A DNA stretch of 7,004 nucleotides from Oopsacas minuta (taxonomy: Eukaryota > Animalia > Porifera). The stretch is from positions 1 through 7,004 of the forward strand of contig JAKMXF010000194.1 of NCBI GenBank assembly GCA_024704765.1. The letters run 5' to 3'. The notes beneath the pieces were generated by a model, which was not told the origin of the DNA, made no database searches, and saw only the letters and a program-made list of their open reading frames with translations. Below are positions 6,590 to 7,004 of the stretch, one piece after another; position 1 is the stretch's first letter, and each line of letters opens with the position of its first letter. The translations under genes and the position numbers were made by a program.

Positions 6590-7004
6590 TTCTATACAAT
6601 TCCGCGGGCCCCGAGGGGATCAAGGGCCTATACGGACAAAGGTATTAGTCATTTTTATGCGGGGAATTCTCAAAAAATACGCTAGACTATCATGGCGCCT
6701 AAATCACTCACGATAGCGCCTTTTTGTACAGAGAATGTCCATAATTATTATTCTATGAAATTTAACTTAAATCTGGTGGTTTTTGTCAAAATGTGAATAT
6801 ATATACACTTCTGTAGAATATTCACTTGAATAGAAGGGAAATTTCTGAAAATTGCTTATAACATTTAATACAAACATCACACAAATATACAAATTATGAA
6901 TTTTCCAGGAAAATTGATTTAATCTAATATATTTTTTGGTAATATTTTCTTACAAATAATTGGATTTGGAATTATTTCAATTTCTAATGTTGTTATGTTA
7001 TATT

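Noticed and set aside
6370-6716. ORFs 6370-6585 (-) and 6477-6716 (+)
   Set aside because: They are short, have no recognisable domain and overlap each other. A different plus frame is the better candidate and is reported at low confidence.
6595-6730. GC-rich patch as a MITE or transposon end
   Set aside because: No inverted partner or target-site duplication was found within the window, so it cannot be supported without a repeat library.

Overview
AT-rich, apparently eukaryotic (probably metazoan) DNA. Three intronless NHL-repeat (six-bladed beta-propeller) genes lie head-to-tail on the minus strand. Copy A (534-1691) is intact and encodes an N-terminal coiled coil plus 6 NHL repeats, with no RING or B-box. 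Copy C (4676-5841) is an ~80% identical paralog of A broken by one 1-bp deletion. Copy B (2993-3916) belongs to a divergent subfamily, lacks the coiled coil and has one in-frame TAG. A and C differ mostly in the two loops per blade expected to form the propeller top face, while their scaffold is near-identical. Their shared homology stops sharply just past a TATA box and about 50 nt past the stop codon. Between A and B lie an assembly N (2282), a 27-bp tandem array and, on the plus strand and absent from the ORF track, an orphan class II myosin heavy-chain motor-domain exon (2727-2880). That exon has intact splice sites and two mutually compensating deletions. The family resembles the expanded NHL genes I recall from glass sponges, but that taxonomic guess is unverified. 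There is no CRISPR, rRNA, tRNA or transposase ORF. All counts were made by eye and no searches were run.
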